DNA of 64,000 nt from an uncultured Chromatiales bacterium (GCA_964420295.1 CAYQST010000004.1:100804-164803); one strand, 5' to 3'; counted from the first letter of the stretch, positions 37,539 to 48,410 are shown. The notes: a model not told the origin generated them from the sequence alone. Numbers and translations: made by a program.

Positions 37539-38946
37539 CTATATGGTTCCGTTGAATGAACGATCGAACAAGGCAGAAAGGCGTTCCACCGTGGCATGGG
37601 CGCTTTTCACGCAATCTCCCACGGAAATCCCGCCACGATAATTGGCGCAGAACGCCAGTCCGGGATGTGCGGTCTCGAGATCCTCGAGCATGCGCATCCG
37701 ATCGAGATGGCCTCGCATGTATTGGGGAATGGCGCGATCCCAGGTGGTGACAGCCGCGAATACGGGGTGCGGAGGCGTGCCCAGCAGTCGAGTCTGTTCC
37801 TCTTCCACCATCTGGAGAATTTCGTCCTTCGAAATCCTCGCATGATCGGGCTGCCGCATCCCACCGACAAAGGAGGTTAGGACGACATGGTGCGCAGGAC
37901 CCCGATCTCCGAAAATCGTGCTCGTGAAGATGGTGCCGAGAATATCCCGATGCTCCACTTCGGGTATCAGGAATCCGAATCCGTCGAGAGGATGCATCTC
38001 GGGGGTGGGCCGATAGGCGGTTTGTACCACGGCCACCGGGGGATACACGATGCCTTCGAGGGCGGGCACCGCAGCGGGCAGGCTCTCACGGAGCAGGTCC
38101 ACCACGGCATGGGAAGGCATCGACAACACCAGGGCGGGCGCGGAGAGGCGAAAACCTCCGTCGGCATTGGTGCCCTCGACCTCGAACCCGCCGTGCGCCA
38201 ATGGCGTGAGGGCACGGACCCGATGTCCGGTGCGCACCCGGGGAAGGGTCTTCGCCAGGGCATCGGTGAGGGTTTGCATGCCATCGCGAAACGAGAACAT
38301 GCGGGCACTTTGCTTGGATTCTTCGGCTCTCTTCTTCCGCTCCTTCGCGCCCTTCACCAGGCCTTTCAGCAAACTGCCGTACGTGCGCTCGAGCGTGTGG
38401 AGTTTCGGAAAGGCGGCTTCGACACTGAGGCGGGTGGGATCTCCGGCGTACACTCCTGCGACAAAGGGATTGATGGCGTAGTCCAGAAATTCGTTCCCGA
38501 GTCGGCGTACGACAAATTCCGACAGCATTTCCTCCACCTCGTCGGGCGCGGGCGGGATGAAGGGCTCACGAAACAGGCCGAGCTTCGTGCGCAGAGAGAA
38601 CAGAGGCGTGCGCACGAACCCTGCGGGCCCCGTGGGCAGGGCAACCAGCCGTCCCCGTTTCAGGATATACCGATTTGAAGCCGCGTCGGCGGCGTAGCGT
38701 TTTTCCGCTTCCACTCCAGCGTCGCGGATCAGCGCGGTGAGCAGAGGCGTGGTTTCGAGTGTGCTGTTGGGCCCCGCCTCCACCAGAAATCCTTCTCTCC
38801 GCTCGCTTCGAATCGCACCGCCCACGCGATCCGTCGCTTCGAGCACGCACACCGATCTTCCCGTACGGGCCAGGAGAAAGGCTGTGGTCAGACCGCTGAT
38901 TCCTGCGCCCAGGACGAGGACATCCACATCGTACGTCGTGTTCATG
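37539..38946 (-). CDS. hemY: protoporphyrinogen oxidase (FAD-dependent, HemY type)
   Basis: [20 protein letters not shown] dinucleotide-binding motif; family similarity throughout. Confidence 0.85.
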
Positions 38947-39949
38947 CGGACCTCCGATTCCATACCCGCTCCATTCGCGTGGTGACCAGATGCGCGAGTG
39001 ATGCAATGTAGGTGGGAGAATCGTTCAATCCCGTGGTCACCTCGAATTGCGTGATCCCCGCGTGGAGCGCGACCTCCCGTACTTCGATGTCGAGCTCGTG
39101 CAGGGTTTCGATATGGTCGCTCACGAAGGCGATGGGAACGACGAGAAGATCGCGTACTCCCTGGCTCGCGAGCGACTTCACCATGTCGACGGTATTGGGC
39201 TCCAGCCACCGTGTCGGTCCCACCTTGCTCTGAAAACTGAGTTCGTGCCGCAGGTCACCGCTCCGACGAGCCATGACGGCGTCCACGGTGGCGCGAATCT
39301 GATGGGAGTAGGGATCGCCCTGGGACACCAACGTGACGGGCGTCCCGTGGGCACTGAAGAGCAGGGTGACGGCGGAGCGTCGATTCTCGGGAAATCGGAG
39401 GAGGGCCTCCGAAATGCGTTCGTTCAGTGCGTCGAGATACTGCGGGTCCACAGGATAGGCCTTGATGCTCTGTACGCGCAATCGGGCGCCCGGCCTGGTG
39501 CGATGCAGATCCCGCCATGTTTTGAAACAGGACCCCGTGGTCGTTTTGGAATACTGAGGATACAGCGGGAGCAGAAAGATCTCGGAGAATCCGTCTGCAT
39601 CGAGGTCCCGCATCGCTTCGTGTATGAAGGGATGCCAATAGCTGAAGCCTGTCACGACCCGTACACGGACCTCTCCTCCCCAGTGCGCGGTAAGTCGTGT
39701 CTCGAGAGCGGAGGCCTGCGCCGCACTCAGCGCGGCGATGGGACTCTTGCCCCCGATCATCGCATAGTTCTTCTTGACGATCTCGGCGCGCTTCTTCGCG
39801 ATGAAGCGGGCGAGGGGTCCCCGAAAGACATTCATGGGACCGAAGGAAATGATTTCCTTGTCGAGAAAGAGGTTTTCCAAAAAGGGGCGGACACTGTCGA
39901 GTGAGGTGGGGCCGCCCATGTTCAACAGAATGATGCCGAGGTTCTTCAT
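38942..39949 (-). CDS. hemH: ferrochelatase
   Basis: LLNMGGP N-terminus, FSAHGTP, conserved His/Glu contexts; ATGA overlap with hemY. Confidence 0.9.
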   Translation of the reverse strand: MKNLGIILLNMGGPTSLDSVRPFLENLFLDKEIISFGPMNVFRGPLARFIAKKRAEIVKKNYAMIGGKSPIAALSAAQASALETRLTAHWGGEVRVRVVTGFSYWHPFIHEAMRDLDADGFSEIFLLPLYPQYSKTTTGSCFKTWRDLHRTRPGARLRVQSIKAYPVDPQYLDALNERISEALLRFPENRRSAVTLLFSAHGTPVTLVSQGDPYSHQIRATVDAVMARRSGDLRHELSFQSKVGPTRWLEPNTVDMVKSLASQGVRDLLVVPIAFVSDHIETLHELDIEVREVALHAGITQFEVTTGLNDSPTYIASLAHLVTTRMERVWNRRSA

Positions 39950-39981
39950 GCAGGAGTGCGTTCGGTAGGGAGGTGGTGGAA

Positions 39982-41370
39982 CTAGACGGTCTTCGAGAAC
40001 AGCGGTTTGGATTGCATCTGCGTAGGGAGGTAGGCGTCGAACGCCATGGCGATGTTGCGGATGACGAGCTGACCGAGCGGGGAGACACGAATCCAATCCC
40101 CTTCGGTAGTCAGGCAGTCGTCCTCCACCAACTCGTGCAGACGAGGCCAGGCTTCCGCGAAATAGGAATCGAAGGCGATGCCATACTGCTGTTCGATGCG
40201 TGGTTTATACAGGGAGAAATCACACATCAGGGTCATGATCACATCTCGTCGCAACAAATCATCGTCGCTGAGGAGGGTGCCCACGTGGGTGCTGGGTCGA
40301 CCGTCGGCGAGGGCGGCATAATACTCACCCAGGGTACGGGCGTTCTGCGCATAGAGACGACGGAACTGACTGATGGCCGTGATCCCAAAGCCGTAGAGGT
40401 CGGCTCCGGCATGGGTGGTGTATCCCTGGAAGTTGCGATACAGGGTGTGCGTGCGTTTCGCGATGGCGAGCTCATTCTCAGGCAGGGCGAAATGATCCAT
40501 GCCGATATAATCGTATCCGGCCTCGACCAGCTTGGCGATCGTGTGCAGCTGGATGCGGAGCTTCGTTTCGGGATCGGGGAGATCTTCGGGATGAATGAGA
40601 GACATGTGCTTCTTGATCCACGGCACATGGGCGTAGTTGAACACGGCAATGCGATCCGGCCGAATCGAGAGCACCGTATCGAGAGTGGTATCGAACGATG
40701 CGAAGGTTTGATGTGGGAGTCCGTACATCAGATCCAAATTCAGACTCGTGAATCCGATTTCTCGCGCCCACCCGATCACCTCGCGGGTCATGTCCTCGGG
40801 TTGGACACGGTTGACGGCGTCCTGCACTGCGGGGGCGAAATCCTGCACGCCCATCGAGACTCGTGTGAATCCCCCTTCCCAGAGCGCGAGCAAATGATCC
40901 CGGGTCATGCCCCGGGGATCGATCTCTACGCCGGCCTCGATGTCACCAGCGAAGGGAAAGAGGCGGCGCGTGGCATCGGACAGGAGACGAATTTCTTCGG
41001 GATCGAGATAGGTGGGGGTGCCTCCGCCCCAGGCGATCTGAGTAACGGGACGGTCCTCGCGGATGCGGGGACGAAGCAATTCCATTTCCGCGATGAGGGC
41101 ATCCACGTAACTCCGAATCTTCGCGCGATCGCGGGTCACCATCATGTTGCATCCGCAGAAGTAACACAGCGTGTCGCAGAAGGGAATGTGGAAGTAGAGC
41201 GAGAGCGGAGGGGAGGAGGGATCGGTATTGGTGCGATCGATCTCCCGCAGATAATCCTCATGCGTGAAGGATGGAGAAAACACCGGAGCCGTGGGATAGC
41301 TGGTATATCGGGGTCCCGGTCTCGAGTATTTCTTGAGCAAGGCCAGTTGGGCGGGATCGACCTCAGGCAT
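39982..41370 (-). CDS. hemN: oxygen-independent coproporphyrinogen III oxidase (radical SAM)
   Basis: YFHIPFCDTLCYFCGC (CxxxCxxCxC), HemN C-terminal domain. Confidence 0.9.
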   Translation of the reverse strand: MPEVDPAQLALLKKYSRPGPRYTSYPTAPVFSPSFTHEDYLREIDRTNTDPSSPPLSLYFHIPFCDTLCYFCGCNMMVTRDRAKIRSYVDALIAEMELLRPRIREDRPVTQIAWGGGTPTYLDPEEIRLLSDATRRLFPFAGDIEAGVEIDPRGMTRDHLLALWEGGFTRVSMGVQDFAPAVQDAVNRVQPEDMTREVIGWAREIGFTSLNLDLMYGLPHQTFASFDTTLDTVLSIRPDRIAVFNYAHVPWIKKHMSLIHPEDLPDPETKLRIQLHTIAKLVEAGYDYIGMDHFALPENELAIAKRTHTLYRNFQGYTTHAGADLYGFGITAISQFRRLYAQNARTLGEYYAALADGRPSTHVGTLLSDDDLLRRDVIMTLMCDFSLYKPRIEQQYGIAFDSYFAEAWPRLHELVEDDCLTTEGDWIRVSPLGQLVIRNIAMAFDAYLPTQMQSKPLFSKTV

Positions 41371-42418
41371 GCGCGGCTCCTTCGTGACGGTAGTTCTTGA
41401 CTGTGTCGATCATCGCCCGGGCATGGTCGACAGGTGTGTCGGGATGGATCCCATGACCGAGGTTGAAGATGTGGCCGGGTGTGGGTCCGTGGAACGCGAG
41501 AATGCTGCGGGTCTCTTCTTCGATGACTTCGGGAGGGGCGTAGAGCACCACGGGATCGAGGTTGCCTTGCAACGCGATCGACGGTCCCAGCAGCGTGCGT
41601 GCCTCTCCGATGTCCACCGTCCAATCGAGTCCCACCACGTCGCAGCCCGTGGCGGCGATTTCGGCTAGGGCGGTGGAGGCCCCACGCGCGAAGACGATCA
41701 CGGGCACGGAGGACGAGGACTTGACCCGTTCCACCATGCGCATGATGTAGGGAAGGGAGAATTCCAGGAAGGTCTCCTTGCTCAGCAGTCCCGCCCAGGT
41801 GTCGAAAATCTGCACGATGTCGGCTCCGGCCCGAGTTTGTTCCACTAAATAGTCTCCCGCCGTTTCCGTCAGTTGGTCGAGCAGGGTGTGCAGGAGATCG
41901 GGCTCCGCGTACATCATGCGTTTGACGGTGTCGAAGGACTTGGTGCCTCCTCCTTCCACGGCGTAGCAGGCGAGGGTCCAGGGAGCCCCCGCGAACCCGA
42001 TGAGAGGAACCCGATCGGCGAGTTCTTTTTTTGTGAGCGCGAGAGCGTCATACACATAGCGAAGGCGTTCCACGGCTCCCTCGGGACGCAGGGCGGCCAC
42101 ATCTTCTCGCCGACGCAGGGGGTGCGGAAAGCGCGGTCCGCCCTTCCCTTCCTCCACCACGAGTTCCATTCCCAGAGCCTCGGGAACAACGAGAATATCC
42201 GAAAAAATGATGGCCGCGTCGACGCCTACCAAATCCACAGGCTGGATGGTGACTTCGGCGGCCAGTTCCGGAGTTTTGCATAGATCCAGAAAGGTGGTTT
42301 TTGCACGCACGGCTCGGTATTCGGGCAAATAGCGCCCTGCCTGACGCATCATCCACACGGGGGTGCGTTCGGTGGGCATGTGTCGGGCGGCGCGAAGGAG
42401 GAGATCGTTCTGCAACAT
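41363..42418 (-). CDS. hemE: uroporphyrinogen decarboxylase
   Basis: PVWMMRQAGRYLPEY signature; overlaps hemN by 8 nt. Confidence 0.9.
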   Translation of the reverse strand: MLQNDLLLRAARHMPTERTPVWMMRQAGRYLPEYRAVRAKTTFLDLCKTPELAAEVTIQPVDLVGVDAAIIFSDILVVPEALGMELVVEEGKGGPRFPHPLRRREDVAALRPEGAVERLRYVYDALALTKKELADRVPLIGFAGAPWTLACYAVEGGGTKSFDTVKRMMYAEPDLLHTLLDQLTETAGDYLVEQTRAGADIVQIFDTWAGLLSKETFLEFSLPYIMRMVERVKSSSSVPVIVFARGASTALAEIAATGCDVVGLDWTVDIGEARTLLGPSIALQGNLDPVVLYAPPEVIEEETRSILAFHGPTPGHIFNLGHGIHPDTPVDHARAMIDTVKNYRHEGAAHA

Positions 42419-42573
42419 GGAGTCCAGGAAAAATTGAATAAGGAACCGAACGAGGGATATTCCCGTCTTCCGGTGTAGAGAAAACACCGGTGCAAGGTAT
42501 TTGGTTTACCTGTGAGCACGCAATCTTTTTTTTCATTACCATCCCGTCATCACGATCCTCGAAAGGACCTCTC

Positions 42574-43218
42574 ATGAAACACACTTCCCCCCTTGGCTGG
42601 CACCGCATCGTTTCCCTCCTGTCGGTCGCCGTTCTCTCCGGTATTTTGTTCTCCTGCTCCGCGCTCAAGGACCTCGAATCGGCCATGACCAATCTTTCCC
42701 GCTGTCAATTCAAGCTGGACAACGTGAACGGTTTTGAGTTGATGGGCGTCTCCTTGTCCAATAAAAAAGGCCTTTCTGATTTCTCCACGATGGATGGCCT
42801 GAAGCTGACCCGGGGCTTCCTGAAGGGCGAGTTCCCTGCCGCTTTCACCCTCAATGTTGCTGCGCGCAATCCCAATGACGGCTCTGGTGGATCGCCTTCG
42901 GCCACGGCCACGATGACAAAGTTCGCCTGGCGCCTGTTTATCGATGACGTGGAAACGGTCAATGGGCTGGTGACCGACCCCATCACCATTCCAGGGACGG
43001 GCCAAACCTCCATCATTCCCCTCAAGCTCCAGTTGGATCTCGGAAAGTTTTTCAAGGATCGCGGCTACGAAAAAGTAGTGGATCTCGCGCTCGCCATTGG
43101 TGGCGTCAATGGCAGTCCTTCTCGCCTGACCCTGCGGGCCAAACCCGAGATTCAAACGAAATTCGGGGCCATTCAATATCCTGGTGAAATCGATATCGTG
43201 GATCGCGAATTTCGCTGA
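42574..43218 (+). CDS. lipoprotein, LEA14/WHy (LEA_2)-like domain
   Basis: Lipobox LFSC after signal; LNVAARNPN motif typical of LEA_2; otherwise weak. Confidence 0.45.
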   Translation: MKHTSPLGWHRIVSLLSVAVLSGILFSCSALKDLESAMTNLSRCQFKLDNVNGFELMGVSLSNKKGLSDFSTMDGLKLTRGFLKGEFPAAFTLNVAARNPNDGSGGSPSATATMTKFAWRLFIDDVETVNGLVTDPITIPGTGQTSIIPLKLQLDLGKFFKDRGYEKVVDLALAIGGVNGSPSRLTLRAKPEIQTKFGAIQYPGEIDIVDREFR

Positions 43219-43262
43219 TACCCACTCGATTGCCTGCGATCGTCAACGGGTCCTTCGATTTC

Positions 43263-44075
43263 CTAGGGTGCGTCCTTCAGCACCCGACGCGCTCCGACAA
43301 AGGTACGCGCATAATACCCGGTGAGCGGGGAGATGATCACACCTCGCTTGGAGCTGGCATGCGCAAAGCACTGGGCTCCGACATAAATGCCCACGTGGGA
43401 CACGGGACTGCCGAAATTCGGGCGTGTTTTAAAAAATACCAGATCCCCCACCTTGAGCTGCCCCTTCTTCACGGGCATGGCATCATCGAAATAATACTGG
43501 GTGGTGGAAGTTCTCGGAATCCACAATCCGGCGAAGCGGGAATACACGGTGCTGGTAAAGGCCGAGCAGTCGAGCCCTCGCACGGCGTCCATCCCACCCC
43601 ATTTGTACTTCGTCGACAGGATGGTGATGATTTCCTTCATCAGAATGCCGCGATCGATGGCCGGGTGCTCCTCTTCGACGCGCAAATGTGCCGACTCTGC
43701 GGGTGCCGCTTCATCGGCCGCTTCTTCCTCCGCCATGGAAGACGACTCTTCTTCGTCGGATTCCTGAATGTCGTGCAGATCGAGTCCTGGCGTGTCCCGT
43801 TTCATCGCGGGCACGGTGCTGGTGTTGACCACGAGCGTGCGCAGTTCCCGCACATCGGCGGGAGGCAGATAGCGCGGCGCATATTTCGCCCTGAGTTCTG
43901 AATACGAGAGTTCTTCGTCGCTCCTCGAATCGGCACTCGCGCGACGCAGAGTATCAGGATTCGTGGTTCCGCGTTCCGCCGTCTTCGCCACACCGATCCC
44001 GGCCTGGCAGGACACGGTCGCGATCCCGGCGAGGAGGAGACAGATGCTGATACGGATAACACGGGCTGAGGGCAT
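43263..44075 (-). CDS. NlpC/P60 (C40) family cell-wall peptidase lipoprotein
   Basis: Lipobox ...AGIATVSC; C-terminal YKWGG...GLDCSAFTSTVY...HVGIYVG catalytic Cys/His context; acidic linker. Confidence 0.75.
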   Translation of the reverse strand: MPSARVIRISICLLLAGIATVSCQAGIGVAKTAERGTTNPDTLRRASADSRSDEELSYSELRAKYAPRYLPPADVRELRTLVVNTSTVPAMKRDTPGLDLHDIQESDEEESSSMAEEEAADEAAPAESAHLRVEEEHPAIDRGILMKEIITILSTKYKWGGMDAVRGLDCSAFTSTVYSRFAGLWIPRTSTTQYYFDDAMPVKKGQLKVGDLVFFKTRPNFGSPVSHVGIYVGAQCFAHASSKRGVIISPLTGYYARTFVGARRVLKDAP

Positions 44076-44104
44076 GATCACGACACTCCACACGACGAAG
44101 AAAA

Positions 44105-45826
44105 CTAGGTGCTTTCTTCGTGATTCGCAATGCGTGCATTCGGTACCGGGAAAAACACGGTGATCGTCGTTCCCACCCCCTTCTTGCTCTGAATCTCGAT
44201 TCGTCCTCCGTTCAATTCTGCATAATGACGCACTAGAGCCATGCCGAGTCCCAGACCTTCGTAGGGACGGGAATAGCCGACCCGTTCCTGCGTAAAGGGA
44301 GCCATGAGATAGGGCAGGTACTCCTCGGCGATCCCGATACCCGTGTCACGCACCGAGAGTGCCCATTCCTGATCCTGCCGCGAACCCGTTACCAGGATCG
44401 ACCCGCGTTCGGTAAACTTGATGGCGTTGTCGAGGATATTGTCCATCATGTGGCGAAGAGAATAGCGATCGGCCACAACCAGAATGGGAGTATCGGGGAG
44501 CTCGATGCGCAGCGCGAGTCCTTTCAGCTTTGCCATCGCGGTGAAGGGCTGGAGGACATGATGCAGTTCATTGCGCACATCGAGTTTCTCGTGGGCAAGG
44601 ACGAAGGACCCGGTGCGAATACTGCTCACGTTCATGATGTGCTCAACAGTTCGGGAGAGTCGGTTGGCGGCATGGATCATGCTGTCGAGAATACGGCTCT
44701 GATCCGGAAGAATCGCATCGGGCAGAAGCTCGTGCAGGAGTTGGGAATACCCCGAGATGATATTCAGCGGGGTGCGAATCTCATGAGAGATGCTGGTGAT
44801 GAAGGCATCCTTGAGCTGGTCGGCCTTCTCGGCCCGAGACATGGCCTTCGTGAGATCGTCGATCATCTGCTTCTTCTCGGTCACGTCTTCCTTTACCGCG
44901 ATGAATCCTGTAATGCTGCCCTCTTCACCGTGGATGGGACCGATGGAGGCCTGCTCCCAGTAGAGCTCTCCGTTCTTGCGGCGATTGTGGAATTCTCCAT
45001 GCCAGATGGATCCGGAAAGGATGGTGGACCAGAGGTCGGCATAAGACTCCCGGGATCGATCTCCGCAATGGAACAGTCGCGGATTACGACCGAGGAGTTC
45101 GCTCGCGAGGTAGCCTGAGCTTCGTTCAACGGCGGGATTGACGTAGGTGATGGTTCCCGCGATATCCGTGATGATGATGGCTGCGGGACTCCGTTCGACG
45201 GCATGCGCAAGCTGCCGATGTACCTCCTCGGTCCGACGCCGTGCAAAGATCGTCCACAGATCCCTCGCCATCACCTGCAGGTGTAACACGTCGTCCGTAT
45301 CGTAGGGATGCTCCTTGTTCGCGACTCCCGCGAGGGCCACGATCGTTCCTTTATCCAGCACGGGTACGCACAAGTGGCGACCGATGGGGAGATGACCTTC
45401 GGGCAGGTGGAGCGGTTGTTCGTGAGAAGGATGATTCTGGAGAACGGGCGCCTGGGTTCGAAGGCACTCGGTCCAGATCTCCAGCTTCGACACGGTCAGG
45501 ATACCATCGAAGGCAACCGCGCAGGATTCCCGCACGGAACGTGACCAGGTGAGTTCCGAAAAATGCTCTTCATCCTTGGCGAGAAGATGCACATACCCCA
45601 ACTGGCTTCCGCTGAGTCGAATGACTTCCTCGAGCATGAACTCAGCCAGTTCCGCATTTGTGGCATGCTCCATCGTCGTGAGACGATGGAGGGCATCCAG
45701 TCGCGCGCGCGCAAGGCGATGACGATCGTCTTCGGTCGTGCAATCCGCGGGAGTAGCGACGAAGGAGGGATCGGAGGCTCCTGGGAGTTCCGTTGGATGA
45801 AAACGGACCAATACGGTAGGCATCAT
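44105..45826 (-). CDS. cytoplasmic GAF/PAS sensor histidine kinase
   Basis: ISHEIRTPLNIISGY H-box; HATPase N/G boxes (DNAIKFT, DTGIGI, GLGLGMALV). Confidence 0.8.
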   Translation of the reverse strand: MMPTVLVRFHPTELPGASDPSFVATPADCTTEDDRHRLARARLDALHRLTTMEHATNAELAEFMLEEVIRLSGSQLGYVHLLAKDEEHFSELTWSRSVRESCAVAFDGILTVSKLEIWTECLRTQAPVLQNHPSHEQPLHLPEGHLPIGRHLCVPVLDKGTIVALAGVANKEHPYDTDDVLHLQVMARDLWTIFARRRTEEVHRQLAHAVERSPAAIIITDIAGTITYVNPAVERSSGYLASELLGRNPRLFHCGDRSRESYADLWSTILSGSIWHGEFHNRRKNGELYWEQASIGPIHGEEGSITGFIAVKEDVTEKKQMIDDLTKAMSRAEKADQLKDAFITSISHEIRTPLNIISGYSQLLHELLPDAILPDQSRILDSMIHAANRLSRTVEHIMNVSSIRTGSFVLAHEKLDVRNELHHVLQPFTAMAKLKGLALRIELPDTPILVVADRYSLRHMMDNILDNAIKFTERGSILVTGSRQDQEWALSVRDTGIGIAEEYLPYLMAPFTQERVGYSRPYEGLGLGMALVRHYAELNGGRIEIQSKKGVGTTITVFFPVPNARIANHEEST

Positions 45827-45844
45827 GCGTCGAAGGAACAGGGG

Positions 45845-46291
45845 TCAGGTTTTTGGAAGCGTCACGATGGTCAGCCAGAAGTCCTCGATGGATCGAATGA
45901 CCACCATGAATTTATCGATATCCAGTGGCTTCGTGATATAGCAGTTGGCATGCAGATCATAGGATCGGAGAATGTCCTCGTCGGATTCCGACATGGTCAT
46001 GATCACCACGGGAATACGGCGCAAGGATTGATCTTCCTTGATGATGGCAAGCACTTCGCGACCATCGCGGCGGGGGAGGTTCAGATCGAGAAGGATGAGG
46101 TCGGGACGGACCGCGTTTTCGTGCTTGCCTCGACGGAACAGAAAGTCCAGCGCGTCCTCTCCGTCATCCACATGGTGGAGCGTGTTGCGGAATTTGCTTT
46201 CCTTTAGGGCTTCGATGGCCAGACGGGCATCGCCGGGATTGTCTTCGATGAGGAGAATTTCGACGGGTTGAGTGGTGTCGTGCGGTGTCAT
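45845..46291 (-). CDS. single-domain response regulator (REC)
   Basis: ILLIEDNPGD...LILLDLNLPRRDG...K. Confidence 0.85.
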   Translation of the reverse strand: MTPHDTTQPVEILLIEDNPGDARLAIEALKESKFRNTLHHVDDGEDALDFLFRRGKHENAVRPDLILLDLNLPRRDGREVLAIIKEDQSLRRIPVVIMTMSESDEDILRSYDLHANCYITKPLDIDKFMVVIRSIEDFWLTIVTLPKT

Positions 46292-46303
46292 ACGGAACCT
46301 GTG

Positions 46304-47935
46304 CTATTCGGAAAACTCCTCGAGGAAGGGTGAGGAGTGAGAGGAATCGGGTTGATAATCCTTGGGGAACACAATGGTGAAGGTACTTCCTGATCCGGGG
46401 CGACTGTCGGCGTGGATCTGGCCACCGTGGCGCTCGACGATGCGTTTGCAGATCGCGAGACCGATGCCCGTGCCTGGATAGTCCTTGCGCGAATGAAGGC
46501 GCTTGAAAATGACAAAGATGCGCTCTTTGTATGCGGGATCAAACCCAATTCCGTTGTCACGGACCCGGATGATCCAATCGCATTCTGTGTCTTCGGCGTC
46601 GATGGTGATGTGGGGCCTGGCATCTCCGGCGAATTTCAGGGCGTTTTCAACGAGGTTCTGGAAGAGACGGGTAAGTTGCGAGCGGTCCCCTGAAAGAACC
46701 GGCAGGTGCGACACCTCCAGCTCCGCCTGCTTTTCGAGTAATAAAATCTGGAGGTTGGTGCGGACATCCTCCAGCACCTGGTGCAGTTCCACGGACTGGA
46801 AGGGGAGCCCCTTGGTGGATATTCGGGAGAAGGATAGAAGATCCGAGATGAGTCTCTGCATCCGCGTGGCGCCTTCGACGGCGAAGTCGATAAAATCTCG
46901 CGCATCGTCGTCGAGATGATCGCGATATCGGCGTGCCAGGAGCTGCGTGTAACTCGATACCATGCGCAGAGGCTCCTGCAGATCGTGAGAGGCGACATAG
47001 GCGAATTGTTCGAGTTCGCGATTCGAGGTCTCGAGGCGGCGGAGAGTGCGATGGAGTTGCTCCTGGGCGAGCTTGGCAGAGGTGATGTCCCGTCCCACGC
47101 CCATGACTCCCGTGACGGTTCCGTCGGAAGCCTTGAACGGAACGAGCTGGACATTGAGCCAGAGAACGGCGTGCGGAAACGGAAGGCGGATTTCGTGCAC
47201 GGTGGTGGCACCCGAGGCGAGAATGGCATCGATGGGACGGAGGTAGCCCGATTGCGCACCTCCCGGGAGGAGCTCGGGCAGGGTCCGCTGCACGAGCTCA
47301 TGGGCGGGGAGGCCCAGGGCTCTTTCGAGCGCGGGGTTGATGTAGTCCACCCCGTAATCCCGGTTCACGATAAAAATGAAATCCGGGATCGCTTCGGCCA
47401 GGGTTCGATACCGTTCCTCGGACGCTCGCAGGGAAGCTTCCGCAGACTTTCGGGCTGTGATGTCCTCGTAGGTTCCCATGATCCCGATGATGTCCCCCTT
47501 TTCGTTTCGCAGGGGAATCTTGCTCGTGCGAAGCCAGAGAACCGATCCGTCGGGCCGAACCTGGGGCTCTTCGTAATTGATCTTGGACTTCCCGGTTTCC
47601 ATGACTTCCCGATCATCGGCCTGATAGCGGGGAGCGCTGGCTCTCCAGGACAGCACGTCGTCCCGCTTTCCGATGATCTCTTCGGGAGACGTACAGCCGG
47701 CATCCACCGCGAAAGGAATATTGCATCCAAGATATCGGTAATGGAGATCCTTCCAGAACACACGCTGGGGAATGAAATCCAGCACCAACCGCAACATATC
47801 GGTGGCTTCGGCGATGGCTTGCTCCGACCCCTGCCAGATCAGGCGACGGGTGTGCCGTCGTCGTCGCCTCAGTTCGAGAAGACTCAAAATCAAGGCCACG
47901 CCTACGCCCAATCCGATCAGGAAGCCGGTCAGCAT
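46304..47935 (-). CDS. membrane-anchored dual-PAS sensor histidine kinase
   Basis: N-terminal TM, two PAS-like segments, VASHDLQEPLRMV H-box, HATPase G-boxes DNGIGF, GTGIGLAI. Confidence 0.85.
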   Translation of the reverse strand: MLTGFLIGLGVGVALILSLLELRRRRRHTRRLIWQGSEQAIAEATDMLRLVLDFIPQRVFWKDLHYRYLGCNIPFAVDAGCTSPEEIIGKRDDVLSWRASAPRYQADDREVMETGKSKINYEEPQVRPDGSVLWLRTSKIPLRNEKGDIIGIMGTYEDITARKSAEASLRASEERYRTLAEAIPDFIFIVNRDYGVDYINPALERALGLPAHELVQRTLPELLPGGAQSGYLRPIDAILASGATTVHEIRLPFPHAVLWLNVQLVPFKASDGTVTGVMGVGRDITSAKLAQEQLHRTLRRLETSNRELEQFAYVASHDLQEPLRMVSSYTQLLARRYRDHLDDDARDFIDFAVEGATRMQRLISDLLSFSRISTKGLPFQSVELHQVLEDVRTNLQILLLEKQAELEVSHLPVLSGDRSQLTRLFQNLVENALKFAGDARPHITIDAEDTECDWIIRVRDNGIGFDPAYKERIFVIFKRLHSRKDYPGTGIGLAICKRIVERHGGQIHADSRPGSGSTFTIVFPKDYQPDSSHSSPFLEEFSE

Positions 47936-48145
47936 TTCACCCTCTGGGCGTGCAAGATCGTCTGGAGCCGGATAGCCGCAGCGCGATCAGGATCACGTGA
48001 GGATGCGCGATCCTTCGTGGGGAGAGATCGGGGTGACGACGCATGTGGAGAGGCGGACTTTCGTCCATGGACTCGTCCCTTCGTGAGCAGAGGTACCGTC
48101 CATTGTACGGGTTCTTCCCGTGCGAGTCAAGCCTCCGACATCTGA

Positions 48146-48410
48146 TTATGGGAGCACCACCAGCCGTTGCAGGAGAAAGGTGCCGGCTACCTCGGCCCGG
48201 AGAAACCACGTGCCAGGAGACGGAATCAGGGCTGCCAGGGGCTGCTGTATCGTCGACCCCGCCGTCAAACGTCCCGTCCAAATCGTGGCCACTTCCTGGC
48301 CCAACACCGTGAGCAAGGTGATGCGTGCCAGTCCGTCTTTCGGGGAGAACACTTCCACGTGTGTGGACGCTCCCATCCGAAAGGGCAGGGCACCGATGAG
48401 GGACAGGCGC
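48146..48410 (-). pseudogene. orphan T9SS C-terminal sorting domain fragment (remnant of a cargo gene)
   Basis: Minus-strand translation ...LPFRMGASTHVEVFSPKDGLARITLLTVLGQEVATIWTGRLTAG..PGTWFLRAEVAGTFLLQRLVVLP* matches Por_Secre_tail pattern; upstream in-frame sequence runs antisense into the 48530 gene and has no cargo-domain features. Confidence 0.45.
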
